From contig UQXL01000004.1 of the NCBI GenBank assembly GCA_900545135.1, positions 1,886 through 65,885 on the forward strand: a stretch of DNA of 64,000 nt, written 5' to 3'. This DNA is from an uncultured Eubacteriales bacterium. Its GTDB lineage: Bacteria > Bacillota > Clostridia > Peptostreptococcales > Anaerovoracaceae. A program made the translations under genes and the position numbers. Below are positions 1 to 8,725 of this stretch, one piece after another; position 1 is the stretch's first letter; each line of letters opens with the position of its first letter. The notes beneath the pieces are model-generated. The model saw nothing but the letters and a program-made list of their open reading frames with translations, made no database searches and was not told the origin of the DNA.

Positions 1-669
1 CGCTACGAATAATGCCCATAAAAGTATCCAGCCGATGAAGGATAACTGCAGGCAAAAGAGCTTGCCTTTATTGCCTTTCATCATCAGCTTGCTTTCTCTT
101 ATGCACTGCAGGATTTTCTTTTCGCGGTCGTCTGCAAGGATGAACATGGACTGGCTGTACCTCAAAGCAGCCAATATCATCAGAACCGAGGCAATCACTG
201 CAAATAACAGAGTAGCCAGAATCTCGTAAGTTAAGAGTGTGATTATCACGCCCGGAATCAAGGCCGCCATTCCCCATGCTACAGTTCTTATATAAACCAT
301 AAAGTAAAGTCCTACAGTTTTTGGAAAGAACGTAAAACCTTTAAAGATATCTGAATAGGCTGTTCTCTTCGTTCTGAAAGCTTTCAGTATAAACATATTG
401 AATCCTATGACGAGAGGCGCAATAAGCAGGGCATCGACAAATCCCATCAGCATGCTGGTAAAATTGATCTGGTAATAATTATAATCAATATAGAAATATC
501 TGTATATAGGCACCGCTTCAGCAAAGATACCGGTTAAAAAGCTTATCGCGAAAGACAGCATAATGTATATGAAAACTCCCAGAATAAGTCTCCACCAGTT
601 TCCTCTTGCGGCGTTCCGCGCTATTTCCCTTATCTTAGAGCATGGCTCAGTTACTATATGATGTTCCAT
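1..669 (-). CDS. DUF975-family integral membrane protein, paralog 1. The ATG is at 669 and the frame is still open at position 1, so the 3' end lies outside the window.
   Basis: Manual minus-strand translation gives MEHHIVTEPCSKIREIARNAARGNWWRLILGVFIYIMLSF.... The N-terminus is near-identical in pattern to the next ORF. No stop codon was found in this frame between 669 and 1. Confidence 0.5.
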   Translation of the reverse strand, partial: MEHHIVTEPCSKIREIARNAARGNWWRLILGVFIYIMLSFAISFLTGIFAEAVPIYRYFYIDYNYYQINFTSMLMGFVDALLIAPLVIGFNMFILKAFRTKRTAYSDIFKGFTFFPKTVGLYFMVYIRTVAWGMAALIPGVIITLLTYEILATLLFAVIASVLMILAALRYSQSMFILADDREKKILQCIRESKLMMKGNKGKLFCLQLSFIGWILLWALFVA

Positions 670-672
670 AGA

Positions 673-1431
673 TTAGAATTCTCCTTCTCTGTTATTTCCG
701 ACCACTACTAAATTTTCAGTCACCAGCTCATAAAACACAGTCTGCGACATAAATCTGTACAAGTCCACTGCAACCAAGGGAATGGACATGATAAGCCATA
801 TTATTACCGAAATTATTCCTGTAGTATCGAACAGGTCAGTCAGCATGCTCGGCAGGCTGGCTAAAATATACCATCCTATAAAAGTGAGATTGAGATAAAA
901 CAGCTTTCCTTTGTTGCCCAGCATAAGTCTCTTGCTTTCGTTGATACACTGGGAAGCGCTCCAGTCAGGATGGTCTGCCTGAAGATAAAAACACTGGCTA
1001 TATCTGTATGAAGCTACTATTCCCGGTATGCCAAACAGCAGTGACCAGAGAAAAACTTTTACTGCATATAGCAGATACAGCAGGAATGTCTTGATAAATA
1101 TGCTGAATCCTTCAAAGACCATACCGCAGTCTGTCTCTTTCTTTCTGAAAAAAGTCAGAAGAAACATGGAAAGTCCATAAGTAAGCGCGCCCTTGACAAA
1201 CAGCTCATAAAGCCAGCTGGCATATCCGATAAACATCTCCACTCTTTGTCCGTAAGGAAATACAAAAGTCCTTGTCGTAAAGAAGAAAACGTCCAGCAAG
1301 GCCATCATACCTGACAGCATGAAAAAGTATATGAACACGCCCACAAACATCCTCTGCCAGTTGCCGGCCAGTGCATTCCTCGCTATTTCTCTGATCTTAA
1401 AAGCTGGTTCAATCACTATTCTGTTATCCAT
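673..1431 (-). CDS. DUF975-family integral membrane protein, paralog 2
   Basis: 252-aa ORF, MDNRIVIEPAFKIREIARNALAGNWQRMFVGVFIYFF.... It is multi-TM and sits in tandem with a paralog. Confidence 0.55.
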   Translation of the reverse strand: MDNRIVIEPAFKIREIARNALAGNWQRMFVGVFIYFFMLSGMMALLDVFFFTTRTFVFPYGQRVEMFIGYASWLYELFVKGALTYGLSMFLLTFFRKKETDCGMVFEGFSIFIKTFLLYLLYAVKVFLWSLLFGIPGIVASYRYSQCFYLQADHPDWSASQCINESKRLMLGNKGKLFYLNLTFIGWYILASLPSMLTDLFDTTGIISVIIWLIMSIPLVAVDLYRFMSQTVFYELVTENLVVVGNNREGEF

Positions 1432-1636
1432 AAATACTCCTTTAAATAATGTTAATTTATACTGATTATCTAACTTGTCTATGAATTTTGTATTCTGCGG
1501 CTGCTCAGAGCCCAGCAGCTGTTAAAACTCAAGTATCGCTCAGAGTCTGCTGCTCAGCGCCCTCCGCATTGCATGCTCACCTCATCATAAGTCTGCTCTG
1601 CTCGCCCAAAACGATCTCCGCGGGAGCATGTTTCAT

Positions 1637-1735
1637 TTTTCTGAGCGAGCCAAGCCTAAATTTTTAAGTGGAGCAATCTTAAATTTCTGAGCGGGCCAAG
1701 CCTAAATTTTCTGAGCAGGGCAAGCCTTAATTCAA
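1637..1735. repeat. Three tandem copies of a ~25-nt unit (ttctgagcgRgccaagccYaaatt), with spacers of 0-18 nt
   Basis: Direct reading gives tttctgagcgagccaagcctaaattt / ttctgagcgggccaagcctaaatt / ttctgagcagggcaagccttaatt. Confidence 0.6.
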
Positions 1736-1769
1736 TTTATTTGCATTTCAGACTAATTTGTCTGTGTTA

Positions 1770-2160
1770 GCAGAAATGTTGTAGAATTTAAGGATTTTAT
1801 AAAATTCTACAACGTTGAGATGTTAGCCTACGTGAGTCGCACAATGTGCGACATGTAATCTGTAATATTATGGAAAATGTTGTACAATTTTTTATTTTGA
1901 CTGATTTTTGACAACATTTTTCATTTTAGAGCGTGCCGAAACTTGTCGAATCAGCTATTAAAACGAGCCGATGTTGGCATATCTTTATAAAATCTGAAAA
2001 TTTGCCAACATTTTTTAGAAAAGGTGTTGGCAAATTTGCCACAAATCCGAAAAATGTACAACATCGACATGATTCGACTCGCCAAAGTACCCAAAATCGT
2101 AGAAGTCTTTCCAAAATGTTGGCATTTAAGCAGCATTTTTAATTTTTGCCAACATTCAAC
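1770..2160. repeat. AT-rich array of at least 9 copies of an AATGTTG(G/T)(C/A)A..AAT motif in both orientations. It includes the perfect palindrome TTGGCAAATTTGCCAA and the inverted pair TGTTGTAGAATT-N17-AATTCTACAACG.
   Basis: The motif occurs at about 1777, 1803, 1876, 1908, 1969, 2003, 2025, 2113 and 2143. Confidence 0.5.
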
Positions 2161-2221
2161 CGACTAAACCGTTTCTAATTATACATTTTCCTTTTCTATC
2201 GCTTCAATAAATTAAGTCCGT

Positions 2222-2390
2222 CAAAGCGTTTCAATATCCGCGTCCTCTCGGCGAAGCCGATATAATCGTTACAATCTCCTGCGGACATTATACCACAAAG
2301 CAAGTTTAGCAAAGTGATTCAATGAACCCTACCCTGCGGCAACGCCGAACAATACGATGTTGGGTTCATTATACCATTCCAAAGAATATT
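2222..2390 (+). repeat. Two tandem ~65-80-nt hairpin units (gcgtttcaat..cctctcggcgaagccga..cattata and gtttcaatgaaccc..gggttcattata). They belong to the same family as the units at 54466-54697.
   Basis: There are conserved ends (gYttcaatg ... cattata). The outer stem differs between units in a compensatory way (ccgc/gcgg against aaccc/gggtt). There is an inner CGGC-NNN-GCCG hairpin. Confidence 0.6.
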
Positions 2391-2418
2391 TGACAATGAC
2401 ATTAAATAGTTCTATAAT
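2390..2418 (+). promoter_or_regulatory. Sigma-A type promoter, TTGACA-N17-TATAAT, driving the TPP riboswitch and thiT
   Basis: ttgaca at 2390-2395 and tataat at 2413-2418 with a 17-nt spacer, immediately upstream of the riboswitch. Confidence 0.6.
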
Positions 2419-2425
2419 GATAAAA

Positions 2426-2512
2426 TGCTAGGGGAGCTTATGCTGAGATAATACTGCAGTTTTGCAGTTTGACCCTCAACACCTGATCCGGTCAATGCCG
2501 GCGTAGGGAAGC
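2426..2512 (+). promoter_or_regulatory. TPP (THI-box) riboswitch
   Basis: ctaggggagc..gctgagata..accctcaacacctgatccggtcaatgccggcgtagggaag matches the THI element consensus (GGGG..GCTGAGA..ACCC..CCTGATCYGGNTAATGCCRGCGTAGGGAA). It is followed by thiT. Confidence 0.85.
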
Positions 2513-2567
2513 AAAAAAACGTTATTTTTTTGTGCGGTTCCCCTCCTATAACAAAGGAGGATTTTTT

Positions 2568-3113
2568 ATGTCAACACAAACAAAAGGAAGAAACAATTTA
2601 CATCAGTTAGTGCTTTGCGCCGTACTCATAGCTCTGGCGACAGTTCTGGGAATGATCAAACTCCTGGATCTTCCTTACGGCGGCTCTATCACACTTATGA
2701 GCATGCTGGCCGCTACACTGTGCGGTTACTACTGCGGAACAGCTAAAGGCATAGTCGCATGTATGGCTTTGGGATTGATCAATTTGATCCTTGGTTCAAG
2801 CATAATTCATCCTGTACAAGTGATACTGGACTACTTCCTGGCTTTCGGTCTCATGGGCCTTTCCGGCCTGACCGCCAACAAGAAGCACGGTCTCACCACA
2901 GGATACATAATCGGAGTTACTGCCAGATTTATCTGCAGCTTTCTCTCAGGCTTCATATTCTTTGCAGAATATGCTCCTGAAGGAATGAATCCTATATGGT
3001 ATTCCTTCGTTTACAATATCATCTACATCGGAACAGAAGCCATAATAACCATCATCGTTATAAACATTCCTGTCGTCAAAAACACTCTGGTAAGGCTGAA
3101 AGAGCAGATTTAA
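2568..3113 (+). CDS. thiT: ECF-transporter S component for thiamine (ThiT)
   Basis: The ATG at 2568 follows the RBS aaaggagg. The product is ~181 aa and multi-TM, directly downstream of the TPP riboswitch. The listed ORF starts earlier, at the GTG at 2532. Confidence 0.8.
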   Translation: MSTQTKGRNNLHQLVLCAVLIALATVLGMIKLLDLPYGGSITLMSMLAATLCGYYCGTAKGIVACMALGLINLILGSSIIHPVQVILDYFLAFGLMGLSGLTANKKHGLTTGYIIGVTARFICSFLSGFIFFAEYAPEGMNPIWYSFVYNIIYIGTEAIITIIVINIPVVKNTLVRLKEQI

Positions 3114-3361
3114 AAAATGGCTTATCAGTTTTAATATTATGACTATATAATGCTGATTCCCCCTCTTTATGTGAAATCTTTTATGAAAGGAGCACCCTTA
3201 TCATGATTAGATTTACAGATTTCAGAGGGGGATAGTTTTTAGTAATTTCAGATAATTTTTCTAGTCCTGATAAAAATTTCAAATACCCATTGATAAGTGA
3301 AGAATAGAATGTTAAAATTATATCTAACAAAATCATACATACAAGAAAGGGAGTTTAAAAA

Positions 3362-4138
3362 ATGTATAGTACGATCAAATATGAAGTAAAAGAGTCAATA
3401 GGTTATATCACCATCAATAGACCTGAGGCTCTGAACGCTCTCAATAAAACAGTTCTCGAAGAACTTTTCGACGTATTCAACAAGATCGACGCAGATAAAG
3501 ATATAAGAGCCGTTATCCTGACCGGCGAGGGCCGTTCGTTCGTCGCAGGAGCCGATATAGCGCAGATGAGTACGCTGTCGGTAGCCGAAGGCCGCGCTTT
3601 CGGAGCCTATGGTCAGAAAGTAATGAATTTCATAGAAAAGATTGAAAAACCTGTAATCGCTGCAGTAAACGGCTTTGCTCTCGGCGGAGGCTGTGAACTT
3701 GCCATGGCCTGTGATTTCAGAATAGCCTCAGCCAAAGCAAAATTCGGTCAGCCTGAAGTGGGGCTCGGCATCACTCCGGGTTTCGGCGGCACGCAAAGGC
3801 TTTCCAAGCTGGTGGGAAAAGGCATGGCCAAGATGCTCATTCTTACGGCTGAAACCATCAGCGCCGACGAAGCTCTCAGAATCGGACTCGTAGAAAAAGT
3901 CGTGGAGCCTGAACAGCTCATACCTGTATGCGAAGAAATTGCAAAGAAGATAGCCTCAAAAGCTCCTATCGCCGTAGCCATGTCCAAGACATGCATCAAT
4001 AAAGGCTATCATCTCGATCTGTTTTCAGGTTCCGCCCTTGAAGCAGAAGCTTTCGGCGGCTGCTTCGGTACAGAAGATCAAAAAGAAGGCATGAAGGCTT
4101 TCCTCGAGAAAAGACCTGCTGAGTTCAAGAATAAATAA
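3362..4138 (+). CDS. crt: Short-chain enoyl-CoA hydratase (crotonase family)
   Basis: 258 aa with the crotonase-fold signature (ITINRPEALNAL, FVAGADI, GGGCELAMACD). Confidence 0.85.
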   Translation: MYSTIKYEVKESIGYITINRPEALNALNKTVLEELFDVFNKIDADKDIRAVILTGEGRSFVAGADIAQMSTLSVAEGRAFGAYGQKVMNFIEKIEKPVIAAVNGFALGGGCELAMACDFRIASAKAKFGQPEVGLGITPGFGGTQRLSKLVGKGMAKMLILTAETISADEALRIGLVEKVVEPEQLIPVCEEIAKKIASKAPIAVAMSKTCINKGYHLDLFSGSALEAEAFGGCFGTEDQKEGMKAFLEKRPAEFKNK

Positions 4139-4303
4139 GATTTTTAAAGATTATATGGCCCGCGATCGATAACACATTATCATCATTTTGATAATGTGCA
4201 ATGCCATAAGGCGCTGCGGCCAGCAATACATCGACAAACAATGAACCTCCGTTCAATGCGGAGGTTCATTGTTATATTCACGTTGTCCCCTGCAATTTCA
4301 CTG

Positions 4304-6058
4304 TTATCGCAAGCAGTCGGATCCGCAGTCCGCACCGCAACCACAATCAGATCCGCAGTCCGCCTCGCAGATTCCATGGCTTTCGTTGTGAAGAAGCTTG
4401 TGCTCCTTTCCTTTCAGTATGCCCTCATATAAATCTATGACGAAAGGATTGTCGCTGGAAATCTTGATCTGCTTGGAGCCGTCGACTTCGTAAAGTCCCT
4501 TTGCTCTCGCTTTCTTCGTATCGGCAGTTATAGGCACAGGCTGACCGCCGCCGGCTATACAGCCGTTCTTGCAGGCCATGACCTCGACGAAATCGTAATA
4601 AAGCTCGCCGCTCTTGATACCGTCCATGACGTAGGCAGCGTTTTTCAGGCCGTTTACTACGGCTATCTTTATCTCTCTGCCCTTGATTTCAACCTTGGCT
4701 TCCTTTATTCCCTCAGGTCCGCGTATGCCGGTAAAGCTTATCCACTCCAGGTCCTCCGTCTTGTAGCTTCCCACCAGTCTTCTGAGAACGGCTTCAGTCA
4801 CTCCTCCTGTCACTCCGAATATAGCTCCGCCTCCGGAGGAAATTCCGAAAGGTATATCCAAAGCCTCTGCGTTGAGCTCCGACAGATCGATTCCTGCTTC
4901 CTTTATCATTCTCGTTATTTCAGTGGTGGTCAGAACGTAGTCCACATCCATCTCGCCCTCTGTCCTGTGCTCAGGCCGGAGTATCTCGGCTTTCTTAGCT
5001 GTACAAGGCATAATCGAGACAACCACGGTCTTTCGCCCGTCGTCCTTGTTCAACCTGGACTGTTCCTTGACTACGGCGCCGAACATCTGCTGCGGAGAGC
5101 GGCAGGAAGAGATATGCTTTCTCAGCTCAGGATACTTTTCTTCGCAGAATTTGACCCAGGCCGGGCAGCAGGAAGTGAACAGAGGCAAGTCTTTGCCCTC
5201 CTCCAGCTTTTCCATCAGTTCCTTGGATTCCTCCATTACAGTCAGGTCCGCGCCGAAGTTGGTGTCGTATACCTCGTCGAAACCCATGAGCCGCAATGCC
5301 GCCACCAGCTTTTCGATGGAATTATCGCCTTTTTTGATTCCGAACTTATCTCCGACAGCAACTCTCACGGCAGGAGCTATCTGCGCCACGACTCTCGTAT
5401 TCTTATCGGCTAAAGCCTCCCAGACGGGATGGATATTCTGTTTAACCGTTATAGCTCCCGTAGGGCATACGACGCGGCACTGGCCGCAGCCTACGCAGCT
5501 GGTCTTGGAAAGCGGCCTGTCAAAAGCAGTAGTCACTCTCATCTTCGAGCCTCTGTGGGCAAATTCCAGTATGCCCAGACCCTGTATTTCCGTGCACGTC
5601 CTCACGCAGTCGCCGCACAGAATACATTTGTTTGGGTCTAAAACTATGCACTCGGAGCTGTAGTCAAGAGGCAGCTTAGGCTTGTTGTTTTCAAATCTGA
5701 CGTAGTTTACGCCCAGCTGGTTGGCCAGTTTGAGCAGTATACACGCGCCGTTGGTGCGGCATGTGGTGCAGTCTGTGCAGTGGGAAGCCAGCAGAAGCTC
5801 TATTATCATCTTTCTGTGATGCTGTAATTTCAGCGTATTGGTATAGATGACCATTCCTTCTCTCGGAACCTCTGAACATGAAGCGAAAATTTTTCCCTTA
5901 TCGTCCTCTACCACGCACATTCTGCATGAGCCGTAAGTGGAAAGCTCCGACAAATAGCAGAAAGTAGGAAGCTCTATGCCTGCTTTTCTTATTACAGACA
6001 GTACATTTCTCTCATCGCTGAAAGCGACTTTCTTGTTGTTTATCGTCATATACTTCAT
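4304..6058 (-). CDS. hydA: [FeFe]-hydrogenase catalytic subunit with an NuoG-like N-terminus; subunit of a trimeric bifurcating hydrogenase
   Basis: H-cluster motifs TSCCPAW, MPCTAKK and MACKNGCIAGGGQP are present, together with N-terminal 2Fe-2S and 4Fe-4S cysteine motifs. The C-terminus carries an unusual CGSDCGCGADCGSDC tail. Confidence 0.9.
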   Translation of the reverse strand: MKYMTINNKKVAFSDERNVLSVIRKAGIELPTFCYLSELSTYGSCRMCVVEDDKGKIFASCSEVPREGMVIYTNTLKLQHHRKMIIELLLASHCTDCTTCRTNGACILLKLANQLGVNYVRFENNKPKLPLDYSSECIVLDPNKCILCGDCVRTCTEIQGLGILEFAHRGSKMRVTTAFDRPLSKTSCVGCGQCRVVCPTGAITVKQNIHPVWEALADKNTRVVAQIAPAVRVAVGDKFGIKKGDNSIEKLVAALRLMGFDEVYDTNFGADLTVMEESKELMEKLEEGKDLPLFTSCCPAWVKFCEEKYPELRKHISSCRSPQQMFGAVVKEQSRLNKDDGRKTVVVSIMPCTAKKAEILRPEHRTEGEMDVDYVLTTTEITRMIKEAGIDLSELNAEALDIPFGISSGGGAIFGVTGGVTEAVLRRLVGSYKTEDLEWISFTGIRGPEGIKEAKVEIKGREIKIAVVNGLKNAAYVMDGIKSGELYYDFVEVMACKNGCIAGGGQPVPITADTKKARAKGLYEVDGSKQIKISSDNPFVIDLYEGILKGKEHKLLHNESHGICEADCGSDCGCGADCGSDCLR

Positions 6059-6071
6059 CTGTCGATACCTC

Positions 6072-8009
6072 CTACCATTCTATGCGTATAGCGCCGAAAG
6101 CGCATGCGCTCTCGCAGGCTCCGCATTTGATACATCTTTCGCTGTCTATCACGTAAGGCTCTTTTATCTTGCCGCTTATGGCGTCAGCCGGACAGTTCCT
6201 GGCGCACTTGGAGCAGCCTTTGCACCTTTCCGGACTTATTACGAAGCGCCTCAGCTCCGTACAAGTATGGGAAACGCACTTTTTCTCCACCACATGCTGC
6301 ATGTATTCGTCACGGAAAAGTTTCAAGGTGCTCCTTACAGGCAGAGCCGCGCTCTTGCCCAGTCCGCAGAGAGCCGTTTCAGTTATGGTTTCCGCCAGCT
6401 CGTCCAGCAAATCGAGATCCTCAGGCTTGCCCTTTCCGGCTACTATCCTTTCAAGGATTTCCAGCATGCGCTTTGTTCCCTCGCGGCAAGGTACGCATTT
6501 TCCGCAGCTTTCTTTTTGAGTGAAATTCATGAAAAATCTGGCCACTTCCACCATACAAGTGCTGTCGTCCATTACGACGAGGCCGCCTGAGCCTATCATA
6601 GCGCCCATTTTTTTCAGCGAATCAAAGTCCAGGCTTACATCAAGCTGCGGCGTTATGAGACATCCTCCGGACGGTCCTCCTATCTGAACAGCTTTAAACT
6701 GTCCGTCGTTTTTGATGCCTCCTCCTATGTCGAAGATTACTTCTCTCAGCGTAGTTCCCATAGGAACTTCGATAAGTCCTGTGTTTTTTACGCTGCCTGT
6801 AAGGGCGAAGGCTTTAGTGCCCGGGCTGGTCTCAGGGCCTATGGATTTGAACCATTTTGCGCCTTTGTTTATTATTCCCGGAACGTTGGCGTATGTCTCC
6901 ACGTTATTGAGCACAGTAGGTCTGTCGAAAAGGCCGTGTTCCACAGTCCTGGGCGGTTTTACCCTCGGCATTCCGCGGTTTCCCTCGATGGAAGCTGTAA
7001 GCGCGCTGCCCTCGCCGCAGACGAAAGCGCCTGCTCCTCTGCTTATGTATATCTTGAATGAGAAATCTGAGCCGAGAATATTATCTCCAAGCAGTCCTGC
7101 TTCTTCCGCCTGCTCTATGGCGTTTTTCAGACGGCTTACAGCAAGGGGATATTCAGCTCTCACATAAATATATCCCTCCTGGGCTCCCACAGCATAGGCG
7201 GCAATCATCATGCCCTCCAGCACTCTGTGAGGGTCTCCCTCCATTATGCTCCTGTCCATAAAGGCTCCGGGGTCTCCCTCATCACCGTTGCAGACGACAT
7301 AGCGGTGTTTTTCCTCCTGTCTTGCCACCTGGCTCCATTTGTAACCTGTTTTGAAGCCTCCGCCACCGCGGCCTCTGAGATTTGATTCGCTGACTTCTTC
7401 AATGACTTCCTCAGGAGTCATCTCAAAAAGAATCTTGGCCAGACCCTTATAGCCGCCTTTAGCGATGTATTCCTCTATGTTTTCTGCATCTATGTGGCCG
7501 CAGTTTTCCAGCACTATTCGCGTCTGTTTCTTGTAGAAAGGAATTTCTTCCTGTCTGGCGTATTCTATCCCATCCTGTCTATAGAGCAGTTCCCTGATTA
7601 TTTCGCCTTTTTTTACTGTTCTCTCGAATATCTGTCGGCAATCACTGACAGACACTTTTGTATACAGTATACCCAAAGGCTCAATTCTCATCAGCGGTCC
7701 CATCTCGCAGAAACCATGACAGCCGCTCTTCTTCACGCCTATCTTTTCCGCCATTGAATCCTCTGCCGTATCACTTTGCGCAGCCTCGTTATTATGTATA
7801 TCGCCGCACGCTATGCCGGCTCCGAAGTGTATCTCCACATCAGGATTGTCCTCCGCCAGCATTTTCATTTCCTCATAAATTTCACCTGAACCTCCTGCCA
7901 GGCAGCCGGTTCCAGCGCAGATCAGTATTCGGCATCTGCAATTATCTATTTTAGCCTTTGCGCTTCTCGCTTTCTTTTCCAAAGCTGCAGCGCTGTTTAT
8001 TCTCTGCAT
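6072..8009 (-). CDS. hydB: NuoF-like NAD(P)H-binding flavoprotein subunit of the bifurcating hydrogenase (HydB)
   Basis: 645 aa with an N-terminal thioredoxin-like 2Fe-2S domain, a NuoF core (GGGGFKTGYKW) and a C-terminal 2x[4Fe-4S] ferredoxin. Confidence 0.85.
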   Translation of the reverse strand: MQRINSAAALEKKARSAKAKIDNCRCRILICAGTGCLAGGSGEIYEEMKMLAEDNPDVEIHFGAGIACGDIHNNEAAQSDTAEDSMAEKIGVKKSGCHGFCEMGPLMRIEPLGILYTKVSVSDCRQIFERTVKKGEIIRELLYRQDGIEYARQEEIPFYKKQTRIVLENCGHIDAENIEEYIAKGGYKGLAKILFEMTPEEVIEEVSESNLRGRGGGGFKTGYKWSQVARQEEKHRYVVCNGDEGDPGAFMDRSIMEGDPHRVLEGMMIAAYAVGAQEGYIYVRAEYPLAVSRLKNAIEQAEEAGLLGDNILGSDFSFKIYISRGAGAFVCGEGSALTASIEGNRGMPRVKPPRTVEHGLFDRPTVLNNVETYANVPGIINKGAKWFKSIGPETSPGTKAFALTGSVKNTGLIEVPMGTTLREVIFDIGGGIKNDGQFKAVQIGGPSGGCLITPQLDVSLDFDSLKKMGAMIGSGGLVVMDDSTCMVEVARFFMNFTQKESCGKCVPCREGTKRMLEILERIVAGKGKPEDLDLLDELAETITETALCGLGKSAALPVRSTLKLFRDEYMQHVVEKKCVSHTCTELRRFVISPERCKGCSKCARNCPADAISGKIKEPYVIDSERCIKCGACESACAFGAIRIEW

Positions 8010-8012
8010 AGT

Positions 8013-8486
8013 CTATGCTCCTCTCAGTTCAGTTATAAGAGCTGCCGCCGCTTCCGGAGTCATGGCAGGATACACTTTATCGTTCACAGTAAGCACCGGA
8101 GCCAGTCCGCAAGCGCCAAGACACGAGACGGTTTCCAGCGTAAACATCATATCGTCCGTCGTAGCCTTATCCTCAGACAGTCCCAGCATGCTGTAAAGCT
8201 TCTCAAGTATGGGTATGGACTTGCGCACATGACATGCCGTTCCGTCGCATACTTTTATCACATACTTGCCTTTTGGCTCAAATGAAAAGTTCTCATAAAA
8301 TGTAGCGACGCTGTAAGCTTTCGCTTCCGTTATCCCTATTTTTTCCGCCACGTAAGACAAAAGCTCACCGGGAAGATAGCGGTACTCGTTCTGTATATCC
8401 TGTATGATAGGAATAAGCGACGAGCTGTCAGCGCCATGCTGCGCTATTATCTCATCAGTTTTGTCGTAATAGCTCCTTTCTAACAT
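8013..8486 (-). CDS. hydC: NuoE-like [2Fe-2S] subunit of the bifurcating hydrogenase (HydC)
   Basis: 157 aa with the NuoE-family cysteine pattern (CDGTAC..CLGACGLAP). Confidence 0.85.
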   Translation of the reverse strand: MLERSYYDKTDEIIAQHGADSSSLIPIIQDIQNEYRYLPGELLSYVAEKIGITEAKAYSVATFYENFSFEPKGKYVIKVCDGTACHVRKSIPILEKLYSMLGLSEDKATTDDMMFTLETVSCLGACGLAPVLTVNDKVYPAMTPEAAAALITELRGA

Positions 8487-8725
8487 AAGTCCCTCCTGCT
8501 GTAAGTAAAAATAATTCCTGCAAAAGCGCGGATCGCTGTAAAAAAACGTTCCTGCGCTTTTGATAAAAACGTGAAACGATCAATAAAATTGCTTCGTCAA
8601 TTTATTATATTAAAGGCTGGGACAAATTGCAATAGTAAGTCGTTATCCTTTTAACAATTTTTTGTCTGCCTCACATAACTTGACGCCGGCATATATAATG
8701 CCGGCGCCGTCTGCTATGCATGCTT

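Noticed and set aside
1637-1735. CRISPR array (tandem repeats at 1637-1735, 53945-54027 and 54466-54697)
   Set aside because: The repeat units are few (2-3), imperfect and not separated by uniform unique spacers, and no cas genes are present.
1926-2142. Three overlapping 61-69-aa ORFs on both strands in the AT-rich motif array
   Set aside because: They are mutually overlapping in a low-complexity AT-rich region, with no RBS and a repetitive-motif-driven composition. They are treated as non-coding.
1960-2150. Sigma-54 (-24/-12) promoters within the TTGGCA motifs, given that rpoN is in the window
   Set aside because: The GG to GC spacing in TTGGCAAATTTGCCAA and the other copies is 9 nt, not the ~12 nt of TGGCAC-N5-TTGCA. 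Only one copy (TGGCATTTAAGCAGCA) loosely fits.
4967-5663. Antisense and overlapping ORFs of 148-205 aa inside hydA, with similar ones inside hydB, hppA, pgk, gap, clpB, rpoN and murT
   Set aside because: They lie opposite or within strongly supported conserved genes, and their products have low-complexity Ser/Pro/Ala-rich composition typical of GC-skewed antisense frames.
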